From assembly GCA_964106915.2 (NCBI GenBank), contig OZ066917.1: a stretch of 64,000 bases of DNA. One strand, written 5' to 3'. This DNA is from Podarcis gaigeae. Lineage: Eukaryota. The position numbers and the translations under genes are program-made. Below the pieces are notes generated by a model, which saw nothing but the letters and a program-made list of their open reading frames with translations, ran no database searches and was not told where the DNA came from. Shown one piece after another: positions 13,768 through 25,014 of the stretch; the stretch's first letter is position 1; every line of letters starts with the position of its first letter.

Positions 13768-14130
13768 AGGGTTGCAGCACTGTCATTGTTTTTGTGAAAG
13801 AGGTTTCTGTCCTTTAAACTTGTAAAAATGGTTAGTCCAGCCACCCACAGCCTGGAGTAGTATATGGGGCTTGCATGGTTTGAATTCAATAGAAGAAGTC
13901 CCCACCGGGGACAATGGGACTTTATAGCTTTCCATTGCTCTCAGGGGGAATTCTAGGGAAGAAGCATGGCTACAGTCCTCAAGTCCTGTTGCTCCCAGGG
14001 ATAATTCTTTTACTGTATTTAAAACATGTGGTATAGGGTCCCATGCACTGGTTGTTCCAGGCTAGATTTAACATTTTTTACAAGTTTAAAGGACATCTAT
14101 TTTAGCTGAACAGAGGCAGTGCTACAGGCC
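13768..14130. mobile_element. ~360-bp fold-back element, possibly a Harbinger-type MITE
   Basis: Perfect 21-bp inverted repeat tgtcctttaaacttgtaaaaa (13808-28 / 14075-95), with imperfect pairing continuing inward and outward (gcagcactg / cagtgctac). Confidence 0.7.
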
Positions 14131-15400
14131 TCAGACAATGCTTGAAAGAAATCTGTAAGTCTCAGGATTATGAAGAGGACCCGTGATCTGATCAAGATTG
14201 TGATTTGCCTTATAAGTCCTATGGTAAAATACACCAACATTTACATATTCAAAACTGCCTGGCCTGTATGTTTTAAAACCAGTGTTTTGAAAAGCTACCT
14301 GAAGTTCTTGTGGAGAGCACAAAAAAGAACCTCCAACACAGGGGGAAAATAAGAAAGGAATAAAAACAAATAGGGGATTCCTTAAAATGACTATTCTCTG
14401 TTTGTGTGTTCTGTATTCTGAAAAGGAAGCAACTGATTGTGCAGGATTTGGCAACAGACTTCTCAAAGCCGTTGGGCTTCCATGTGCTTCTGGCAAAGAG
14501 TTTGTTCTTGTAGAGCTTTCAAGGGTGATAGGAAATAGGATAGGAGGAAAGCTTTTTGGCCAGAGTGAACTGCTGTCCTTCAAGAGCATCCCAGTGTTGG
14601 CTGTTTTGAGATTCTCCTTCATCTCACAATGGAAGAAGCCTGCCACTTCCTTCTTCATTCTCCCCAAATGAACAGCAGCATCAATCAGCTTCACTCCAAC
14701 AATGAAGGGGAAATGAGCAGAAGATGAAAGAAGGGAGCCCAGATTTTTACCAGACATTTTACAAATCCAACATGCCGTCTGGTGGAGAAGTATTAGCAGC
14801 AAATTACAGGCTGTTTGAACTTTATGGTGAGATGGGAAATCATTTCAATACAGCAGTGATAGACATAATAAAAATATTAATTTGACTGCCTCTATTTAGA
14901 TTTGAGCATTCAGTTATAAATCCATCTCTGCAGCATTTTCTGTCTAATTTCACTGAACTGGGCATTGAAAGGAGGACAGGAAAGGAAAAGGCTTGGAAAA
15001 CTAGACAGTTTATACCAAGTTATTGGAAGGGTTAAGATTTCTGACTTAGTAGTATACTGGTGGGTGGGCCTTTTTAAATTAATGAATGGATATGTGCATC
15101 ATGCATGCACATGGATATACATGTGCTTTTAATTTGTGAAACTGCTGCACAGGGCATGTACTTGATAACTGCAGGTATTCATTTTTCCCCCCTTTTAATT
15201 GACTGCTTTATCTTTTCCAAATGTATCTTTGACAAAATCAATTACAAAACTAAAATAATGAAACCAAACAGTTCTTGGGGGGTGAATTAAAATATACAGC
15301 TGTGAATCTGGATGGTACAGAAAAGGATGGAAAATATGTCACTTTTTAAGAAGCAATATGTTAACAGCTGGGTACCCCAAGAATCTTTATCAGGTTGAGG

Positions 15401-15665
15401 ACACAAGAAAAGACAGCTGGAACAGGCCAATTGCCCATCTAGTCCAGCATCCTGTTCTCACAGTGGCCAAACACGTTGCCTGTGGGAAACCAGCGAGCAG
15501 AACCCCAGCACAAGAAAACTCTCGCCTCCTGTCATTTCCAGCAACTGGTATTCAGAAGCATTGCTGCCTCTAACTGTGGAGGAGATGCATAGCCATCTAG
15601 GCTAGTAGCCATCAATATTAATTTATATAATCCTTTTTTTTAAAGTTATCTAGGTTGTTGGTTTT
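15401..15665 (-). mobile_element. CR1 3' UTR fragment
   Basis: gcccatctagtccagcatcctgttctcacagtggccaa; homologous to 1612-1938. Confidence 0.8.
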
Positions 15666-18600
15666 GTTTTCTATAGTCCTTAAAGATATGTAAAAAGGGT
15701 AAATATTGCAAGCCCTTCGTTTGCAAATGCACAACTTTCAAACCATTCCTTTAAAATTCCGTTACATAATCCATATTCACAGGTCAGTGGTTCTTGGATG
15801 TTTAAGTGGCTGGTAGAGGGAATGAAAGGTGTGTGTGGATCACCTGTTAAAACTTTGTTTTCGTTCAGCACCCATCTATACATTCTGCCTCCCATAACTC
15901 AAGACTGCAGTTAGGTTAATGTCCTGAGCAATTTTGTCAGTTATGTGGATCACTGATGTTCTGGACCTTACTCCACCTCCAGTTCCGTTTGTCATGCATC
16001 CCCTGCCCTAATATTGTCTGTGTGTGACTTAGCTGAGTTTCTGCCTGACCAGAAATACTATACTTGTTCTCTGATCTTCTAGTTTGACACCAGCTGATTG
16101 TCATGATACACACAACTGTTTAAATAGCTTGCCTGCTGGCTTAGACTGAGCAAAACTGAACTTTGGACTGAGCTGAGCTGTATCACACGACCTTTTGTCA
16201 CGCATGTTCACAAGGTTTGCCACAATAGTACACAACCTAGCATTATCCAGACTGCCCAATGAGCATGCTATGTTTTCTTTCTAACCTTTCAAGAAACTTG
16301 TGCAATAAATGAAACAAGAAGAGCCCCCGGAACTGAAAGGTGAACAAGGAATGGCGGTAGTGTGGTATATGAAGAAAGAAATGGATAGAGGAAGCTAATC
16401 AGGAGCAAAGTTGACCTTATCAGGTGACAAATTAACATTGCAATTTAGGAGCAGCAAAATGTCACTGGTCCCTCACTTCACGAGAGGCAGCCTCTTCAAG
16501 TGGTGGTGGCTGAAGCAGATCCAGAACAGATCAGAATTACACTTAGTGCATAGATTTCCTAAAGAAGCTAGAGTGACATCATATTGGACAAGGTGGGGCT
16601 TCTAGACAAACAGAATGTACATGCCTGTCACCATACTGAAGACACTTCCCAGCTGTTAATGGCTAAATGTGTGCTGTGATGGGGATGGAAGGTAGGGAAG
16701 AATCACTGTGGTGGTGATTTAACCTTTGCATATCAAGAAAGAAATGCTAAGGTCAATGATGGGAGGATGTGTTCTTAAGATTTAAAAAACTGCAGAACGA
16801 GTAATCTGGGAACACCCAGGGGATAACCAGGGCTTGCAGAGACTTTGTCATAGGGCAAGCAAGTCCCACATTCCAATCTCAGCTCAGCCACTAACCCACT
16901 AGTTTGACAAGCAACTCACCTCCTCCATTTCATCTCCCATCAGTAACAAGAATAATTTTAGACTGACAACTGTAAAATTGTCTGTGTGTGATGCTTTCAA
17001 CAAAACAATGCTATAGATCACATAGTGGGCAGGCTGCCTCTCTGCAATGAACTGCTAATACCGTGGAGCAAAAGAACACAAAGATGCTCACGGTATTGTG
17101 TCACCCAAAGCACCTCAATGTGAATTTTCAGCGGCATGGGCAAAGCAAGCTCCCTTTTATGGTAAGTAGGTCCAGAAACGTGGAAGGTGTCATTGTGGGT
17201 CATTAAACTAAAGCTAGACTTGTAGTGTAAAATGTTTACCATGTGAGGGTTGTATGTAGCCTCCTCCCCACCCTTCTTCTGTACCAGCATTCAGCCTAGT
17301 CATACCATAAGGAGGCTGATAATGTCTTCTCCTTTGCCTTGGAAGCAGCAAACGAACACAGCTCACTGAACTAACAATATCTAAAAGGGTCAGAACATAA
17401 CAAGGAAGCCATTTAGAGTGGTGAGATTGACACCGTATCTTCTTCTGCAACAAAACATTTCCCCAAGAAATGAGGCCAAGTGGATCACTGGCCCAAATCC
17501 AGCGATTTCCACATAGTGAGTCCAGGGAGAAGATGTATTCGAGTGAGAACAGATGTATGCATTTGAATCTTTGTCATTCTGGTTTGTTCACTGAAGAAAC
17601 AGCAACTGGAACAGACATTTTGGTCATTGCCAAGTTGTATTTAAGATGAATTTACCCAGCGTGCAGTATGCTTAAAATCTGTACTTCATTCCAGATGCCA
17701 GCAGTCTCTTTAAAAAAAAAAAAAGCTGTACAAAGTCAAATAAAAAGTACATAGCAGCCTGAAGGAAGAAGGTAGTTTTCATAAGCTGGGCTGAGTCAGC
17801 ACAGAAAACAATTACAGTTGTTAATAGTCACTGTATTGGTATCTTCTCTTGTGAGAAATGTAATGGGAAGTGAACTCTAAAATGTAAAGGAAGCACCCTT
17901 CCTCCCATTTACTTAAAGAGACGGAGAATGACAGACAAGGAAAGATTTGAATTTGACACCACACTGCAACAGAGAAACGTTGAACTTTTGGCAGTGCTCT
18001 CTTCTGTTGAAGATCAGGTTAAGGCATAAGTTGGCACCTAATTAGATGAGGAGAAAAAGAAAGGAAATTTTACATCCCCAATATATTTTTCTTTATTATC
18101 TTTCTGGATTGCAAAAAGGAACAGAAGCCACAAAAGCTAGTTCACCAAACCATTCATTAGTTGGATACTACATCCAAGATTCACAAACTATTTAAATGAT
18201 ATTTTAAATGTGTACACACTTATGGTCATAAACAATGGTTATTGTATTGATTTTAGTCCACTTAGATACACTTAGGCTGCAATCCTAAAGGAGAGGGAAG
18301 ATGAACTACAATGGCACATCTACCACATCCAACACCTTCCTGGACTTGAGCTGACAGGGTGGGTAAGGGCAGAACATCACTCTTGCACTCTTCTGTCAGT
18401 ACCAGATGAAAGTATTATTGTGCCCTGGAACATAACTATCATTTGACACATTCCTCTTTCGTGTCTTCCTCACAAGCCTTCCAGAATGCTCCCCTTTTCC
18501 AAGATATTGGAGGAAACCATGGTCTGGACTACTGCTTAAAACCAGGCAGTGTCCTCTCTCTATGATGTCTTAGATAAAACAGCAAAATAACTTCTGCATG

Positions 18601-18837
18601 AAAACTGGAGCAAATTAAAGGAGCAAACTTAAGTATAGGAAGCCATCATAATTTACATTGGCTTAAGTTAACCTGGGTTGAAGTACAGCAGATCCAAAGT
18701 CAGTTTAGGAGTGTGGCAACTGCTGGCTGAGCCAGCCTAAGCCTAGCAGAAGGAAAACAAGCCTTTAAAACAGAGTTTGACCTACACCCCCCCTTTTTAC
18801 CAGCACACTTTCCCTTGGCTTATCAGGTCACGGGACT

Positions 18838-19069
18838 GCACTGAACAAAGAGGAGATTGAGAGAGGATATGATAGCCATCTTCAGATATTTAAATGAAAG
18901 ATTGAACTGTTGAACAGCAGTTACCATTAGAAAGTTCTTGCTGTTCGACAGTGGAATGGACTCTATTGCCAGTATCAGACTGCCTCTGATGCTGGAATGC
19001 ACAGCCATCATGCCTAGTAACCATTATCTTACATGAATTTGTCTTTAAAGCTATCCTACTTGGAGGTTA
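18838..19069. mobile_element. Two CR1 fragments (plus-strand ORF2 end, then minus-strand 3' UTR)
   Basis: Plus strand encodes KRRLREDMIAIFRYL (CR1 KRRLRGDMI motif). It is followed by cagccatcatgcctagtaaccat, as in other minus-strand CR1 UTR copies. Confidence 0.6.
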
Positions 19070-19423
19070 GGGACGTGGGTGGCGCTGTGGTCTAAACCAC
19101 TGAGCCTTGGACTTCCCAAGTGGTTTGAGTCCCCACGACAGAGTGAGCTCCTGTTGCTCTGTCCCAGCTCCTGCCAACCTAGCAGTTCAAAAGCACATCA
19201 AAGTGCAAGTAGATAAATAGGTACTACTCTGGCAGGAAGGTAAACGGCCTTTCTGTGCACTGCTCTGGTTTCACCAGAAGCGGCTTAATCATGCTGGCCA
19301 CATGATCCGGAAAAAACTGTCTGCGGACAAACACCGGCTTCCTCGGCCAGTAAAGCGAGATGAGCGCCTCAACCCCAGAGTTATTTGCGACTGGACTTAA
19401 CTGTCAAGGGTCCTTTACCTTTT
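19070..19423 (+). mobile_element. Full-length Sauria SINE
   Basis: tRNA-like head gggacgtgggtggcgctgtggtctaaacc, body agtgcaagtagataaataggtac, ACCTTT-type tail. Perfect 13-bp TSD tacttggaggtta at 19057-69 and 19424-36. Confidence 0.93.
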
Positions 19424-22073
19424 TACTTGGAGGTTATCTCTATGTCTTGGTTTGTGTATTTATGGGCATCTGGATTGTTTTTGTGGGTGAGCGGGTGTGT
19501 GCCGGGGGGAGGGCATTTACAGCGAGGCTGTAGTCCTAGCCCTAAAGTTTAGATCATTTCTGCCTTGCTAAATCTCCCCTCACTACAGCTATACATCATT
19601 TTGCCTCAAAAATATTGTGTAGAAGGGACAGAGAGTCTGCCATATTCCCATCCAGAAGTGGCTGTATTTCAATGGTGAATAAAGTGGTTTGGGATCCTCT
19701 TGAAGGAGAAGCACTACATAAATATCAGTTGTTATTAATATTTTGGCCTTTAAACGAACCAACTCTACAGCTATATTTTCATCTTGGGGTTTTCCAGAAT
19801 GGATACATCAATGCTTGGGACACTGTATAAACCTGTGCGACAAACAGAATCTTATATGGTACAGCTGGGCATTCAGAATGTTTTACACACAGATTCATCA
19901 TTACCTACTCTGCTTTCCCTATGATAACAGCAGCTTCCCAGCTTCAAGGAGCTCTGTCAAGGAGTTAAAAATGCAACACAGGGCCGCTGCTTTTGATTTA
20001 ACGCAGGCAAGCTTTCCAAGGCACAGCACTGACAAGAGCACCACATATTACTTCTTTCCTCTGCGCTCTGCACACTCTCCAAAAAACTGCACTCGAAAAT
20101 TAAATCAAACCCATAAAGGCAGCCCGATACAATAAGATTTTTAAAAATTGCAATGATCTCACAGCAAGGCCAATTAATTTTGAGGAGGATTTCAAGATGA
20201 GCATAGGCACACATGTGTGATTTATGGAAATAAAGGTAAAGTCCCCTGTTGCATGTGACAATTTAAAATTATGCGCCAGAAATCTTGGCTTAATGCAGAA
20301 GGCTCGGTAGATTTATGTGCTGAAAATGGCAATGGGTTGCAGAAAATATCGGAGACCGGAGTCACTCAAGCAACAATCCCTGTACTTGAGCTCCATCAGC
20401 AGCTTGGCTGCTGTCCTAAACACACTTCTTTATAAGTATGTCCTACAGGATCTACCATTGCATCATAGCTTTGCCCTACACCTCAAATGAACCTCAAATT
20501 CACACGTGCCTGAGCTTTAATGAAATGTGATTGCCTCAACTCCAGAGAGGGCTCTGAGTGATCCCACTTGTCAGATGTTCACTCAAGCCTGAACTCTTAA
20601 CAGTCACATATAAGATCTGGCCAACCAATTGTTCACGGTGAAACCCAGCACAAGGTAGCAGCCCACCACCCTCCAAAAAACCCACACCTTACAACCAGGG
20701 GGCTAAGAATACCTGAGTATCTCTGAATCTCTGAGAAGCTGGGTACCATAGCTACAAAACATTATTATTTAAAAATCTGTCAGGAGAAGCCTGGTGTTCG
20801 AGGAACACAAAATGAAGTTACAAAGCATTGCTATGAGAATTAAAGGGAGAAGGAGGGAAATCCAGAGAAGGTGAAGAAACACTTAACAACAACAAAACTG
20901 CCAAAAATGGGTTTAAATGTTAGGATCTATTCCAAATTCTTCTGCTACCACAACATAGTTTTGGCATATCTGCATAAGGGTTCTTTTTCACCCTAACACA
21001 TATCACAAAAGACACATCAAAAACAAACAGTTGAGCCAATCCTGAGAAGAAATGAGAGGGAAAGCAGTAAAAGAAGGAATCATTAGCACTTTACAAGTAG
21101 AGTGTGAGAAGGCTGCAAATCAATCAACTTAATTTAACACAAACAGGTGGGGGCAACATCCTACATGGGTGAATGAAGAGAAGGAATGGGAGGGCTGTGA
21201 GGGGCTGTCTCCTCAGACCATGCTCCGCCTCCTGCCAAACTAGTGCTATCCCAGGCATTGCTGTGCCAATTTGCCCTGACAATAATTACCTGGACTTCCC
21301 TGACAGATCATTATGAGAACATTAGCAAGGTATTAGAGAGAATTACCCATTTTTCACACATTGATTACATGCCATTGCTGGCTCATTAGCTTATCAGCTT
21401 TTAATAGCCCCGTTCTAACTAGGGGCTCCCTCCTTTAAGCTACCTTCCAAACCCACTTAACCCAGGGAAAGCAGCAAGCACACACTTCCCTAAATCAAAG
21501 AAAGTGCCCAGATGCATTTGCCTCATTCAGGAAGGACCTCATTAATCTATTGCCTGCAGTTGTGAAGTAAGGCAAAGGCTGTGCATGTGTCCTACAAGTT
21601 CCATTCTTTTGCAGTGTGCCTGCCTCTCTCACCAGTGCCACAACCATGAGTGAATTATTGCAGAGGCCATGGATGTGGGAGCAGGATGGAAGCATGAATC
21701 ACAGGCTTCAATCCCATAAGATAATTTAGCATGTGTGTGGTGGGGTGTTAAGAAGCAGCTGGGGTTTGGTAGGGAGTGCGTCTTAACAGAAAATGAGCAG
21801 ATAAATCCCAGAGTGATTTTGTATTTGACAGTGTGCATCTCTGGCTTGTAGCCTCAGCATTTAGAAAATAAAACATGGAGTGGAGTGGATTTGAGAGCAC
21901 TGGGCTCCACCTCCCTCCTTTGACCAGCCAGGCTCAGATTTGGAGAAGAACAGTGTATCAAAGAGGAGTCAGATGCTTCCCTCAGCCTTATATTCATGGA
22001 TTAAAATATGATGCATGAAGGTTCAGTGTTACTGTATGGGATTTAAAGCACTAAGGAACACAATTCTCTATAT

Positions 22074-22212
22074 CAGGAATAGGGAACATATGGCCCATCA
22101 GATGTTCCTGGACCACAGCTCCCATCATCCCTGACCCATTGGCTATGCTATACTGGCAGGGGCTAATGGGCATTAAGTCCCACAATATCTAGAGAGCCAC
22201 AGGTTTCCCTAT
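22074..22212. mobile_element. Old palindromic hAT (Charlie/MER5-like) MITE
   Basis: Degenerate version of the hairpin at 58879-59012. Further remnants at ~28615-28738, ~48264-48330 and ~56967-57070. Confidence 0.65.
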
Positions 22213-23280
22213 ACAACACTGGGATGTATTTCAGAGAACTTCCTGCGTTTGGAGAGCATATTTATTAGAAGAAGAAATGGAGGAATGGGGACACACTTTG
22301 TGATGTACCTGTTATCTCTTATCAAATCCATCTCTGTCTCAACCTCCACTCCCCACTCCACAACTTCCCAATGAAATCAATTCCAAAAGCTTCCCTGAAC
22401 TCTTCACCCAATTAATGCAATCCTTGTTTCCAGAATGGAAGCTGACTCAGGTTGTTGTCTGCATGGCCTTAGGAACACCAATCTCCAGCTGTGCTCCACA
22501 TATGTTCTCTATTCTCATGGTTGTTCAGGTATCAACTTTTCAGTAGGAGACACAATTGGATTTGAAATTTATATATTCCAAGTTCAAGACAAGGGTAGGG
22601 TAGTCCAGGTCAGCAGGATTTTTTCCCCTACTGAAGTCAATCACCATATTGTGCCTCTGGAAGCAACAGCAAGGCTAAGCAACAAAAGGTGACTTGTGAC
22701 AGAGGATTTTTCAGTCACCCCCCTTCCTTATACATCACCACCACCTGTCCACCTATGCAGACAATGAATTTCATTTGAGTCGTGTGTTTGAGAAGGTAAG
22801 GCAATCCTCTTAACCCTATTATGCAACTGATTGTGCCTTCCTAATCCAGCGAGGCCTAGCACAGTTACTGTGATCAGGAGGTTCTATTCTTTCTTTCCCC
22901 CCTCATTTTAAAGCTGCACATCAAAGCAGGCTGGAATATAAGAGATGAATTATTGAGGCATCACAAGCTGAGCACTCGGCGGGATGGTGAGATTATAGGA
23001 CAATTGGAGATGCAGGTCCTGCAAAGGAAACAGGGTCAAAAAGCAAACAGCCTTCAGGCACAACCAAAGGGAACAAAAAGAAAGAGGGAGATGAAGAAGG
23101 GTGGGGATTCATTTCCTTCCAAGAGCTTCACCTGTTCCTTGATGAAGGGATAAATGAGCAGAAAGGGTCAACAGAGACCCCTGTTTATATGCTGGAATGC
23201 CGATGACTGAAGTTGAGATTGTAAAAGAGCCCTGTTAAATTAGTTACTACAAAGAGGAGAGTTTAGGTCTTCTTGAAATA

Positions 23281-23713
23281 CAGGGATGTGTGAATCTGTC
23301 AGTTTCATGGTCTCTCATTTTTTAGTTCTCCACATTTCCACTTCAGTTTGTGATTATTATTTTTCCTTTTAAAAAATGTTTCTTATGAAAATTCACCAGT
23401 GCACATTTCTCCTAATATTAACACCTGCATGCAATTTTGCCTAGGATGCACATTTTTTGCAGAGCAATTCTCCCCAATGCAATGCAGTTTTGTATGCTGC
23501 TTTCCCTAATACATGCATTATTGTGCACATTACCCTACCTAGTATATGTATTCTTGTACACATTGCCTGGCTGGAGAATTGCATTGTAAACATTGGGAAA
23601 GTATGCATTTTGAAAGATGGTGATGCTTTGGTTCACAGAGTCTTTTGGAAAGTGTGAATTAGGTAGGGTAGCTTTTAAATGTGGACTGAGTAGAATTTCC
23701 CACCCACCCCCTA
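23281..23713. mobile_element. Degenerate hAT-like non-autonomous element with ~30-bp internal repeats
   Basis: Ends cagggatg... and ...cccccta; repeated tgcacattt..cctaata motifs at 23400-23570; no clear TSD. Confidence 0.55.
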
Positions 23714-24288
23714 TGTCAAACTTAATCCCACAGGTTCCTAGGAGTGAGTAGCCAACTGCTGATTCACATTGGAAGTTGTACATGCAAAAGTAACTAATTA
23801 CATTATGTACATTATGTGATGGGACAGCATGACCTAGGCTGGGCTTCCTTGGAAGAGCAAATACAGAAGAATTATGGTACTTTTGTACTATTTAATTTAT
23901 TTACAAATGCACAAGCACAAGTGGAGGCAAATGGCATGTGAGCTCATGCCAGGCAGCTGATCCACCAGCTCACCTCAGATCTCCAGAGAGAGGCACCTGG
24001 CCCTCCATAATGTTTGTAGCCTGCAGGTAATGCTGTGCTTCTCTTTCAAACTTATTTATTCACATGCACATACCTGTATACACATCTCTGCCCCCTCCCA
24101 TTTAGGTGTGCCAAACTTCTGATGACTTTCTTGATACAGAAAAGTTTGGAATCAGAAAGTCACCAGAACCATCTTCCAACAATTAGCTCCCATATAGAGA
24201 GATCAGCTGGATATCCTGGACCGTAAGAAAATATGTGCATTATTCTGTCAGATCTCAGACCGTGATCAGTCATTGCTGGAAGACAACC

Positions 24289-25014
24289 CAGGGACATAGA
24301 AAGCGGGGTGCGGGGGCTGCGGTGCACCCCATGTGCCATCATGAGGGGGGTGACAAAATGCCGGCTGAACTTGACGCTGCCTGTGTAGTGGAACCTAGTG
24401 GAGTTGAGTTGCACCACAACGCCAAAGCGTCCCCTTCCCACCTCTGTGGTCGGGTGCATGAGAGGTTGGCCAAGCCCTGCTCTCCCTGCCCATCCATGTC
24501 TCCCCCTCACTCGGGTGCTGTGTGTGTGTCTGTGTGGCTGCGGTCGAATCTGTGCTGCTCACGGGGCAAGACAGGGTCCTTCTGGGGCTGATGCGGACTC
24601 CTGAGAAGGGCGTGGAGGCAGGAGAGGCTGTGGTTGCCTGCTTTTGCCTTTCATTTAAGGGCCAAGGCACGCTGGGTTTTTTTTGGGGGGGGGGAGTGGT
24701 GCCTAGGAGAGCTCTGCAGCCCAGCTGGTCTGAGGGGAGAGAGAAAGATCACGTGCTGGTTTAGGGGTGGAGAAGAGAGGAGGGAAGCAAGAAGGAGAGT
24801 TGTCTCTGACAAGGCAAGGTGGGATCAGGACCAGCAACAGCATCGCCTGAGCGGCTTTCTTTCATGGGGGTTGCAGGGAGGGAGGGGGAAGGCGGGATCT
24901 GCATCGTGATCACCTGCGAGGCTCTCTTTGACAGTTTTCAATTTCAATGGGGGGGGGGAGGATGACAAAAAAAATTTTTTGCACCGGGTACCACCTGACC
25001 TTGCTATGCCACTG
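24289..25014. mobile_element. 726-bp non-autonomous hAT element, GC-rich
   Basis: TIRs cagggacatagaaag / cttgctatgccactg (12/15); flanks agacaacc / tcacaacc (6/8, eroded 8-bp TSD). TIR resembles that of the 47324 and 56380 MITEs. Confidence 0.7.

Noticed and set aside
14131-14802. Longest ORF (223 aa, minus strand)
   Set aside because: Non-ATG start, no recognisable domain, low-complexity F/L/S composition and no convincing splice context; consistent with a chance ORF. BLASTP would settle it.
17132-17161. 30-nt exon candidate ending atg|gtaagt
   Set aside because: Acceptor has a very short pyrimidine tract and the peptide is unrecognised; insufficient support.
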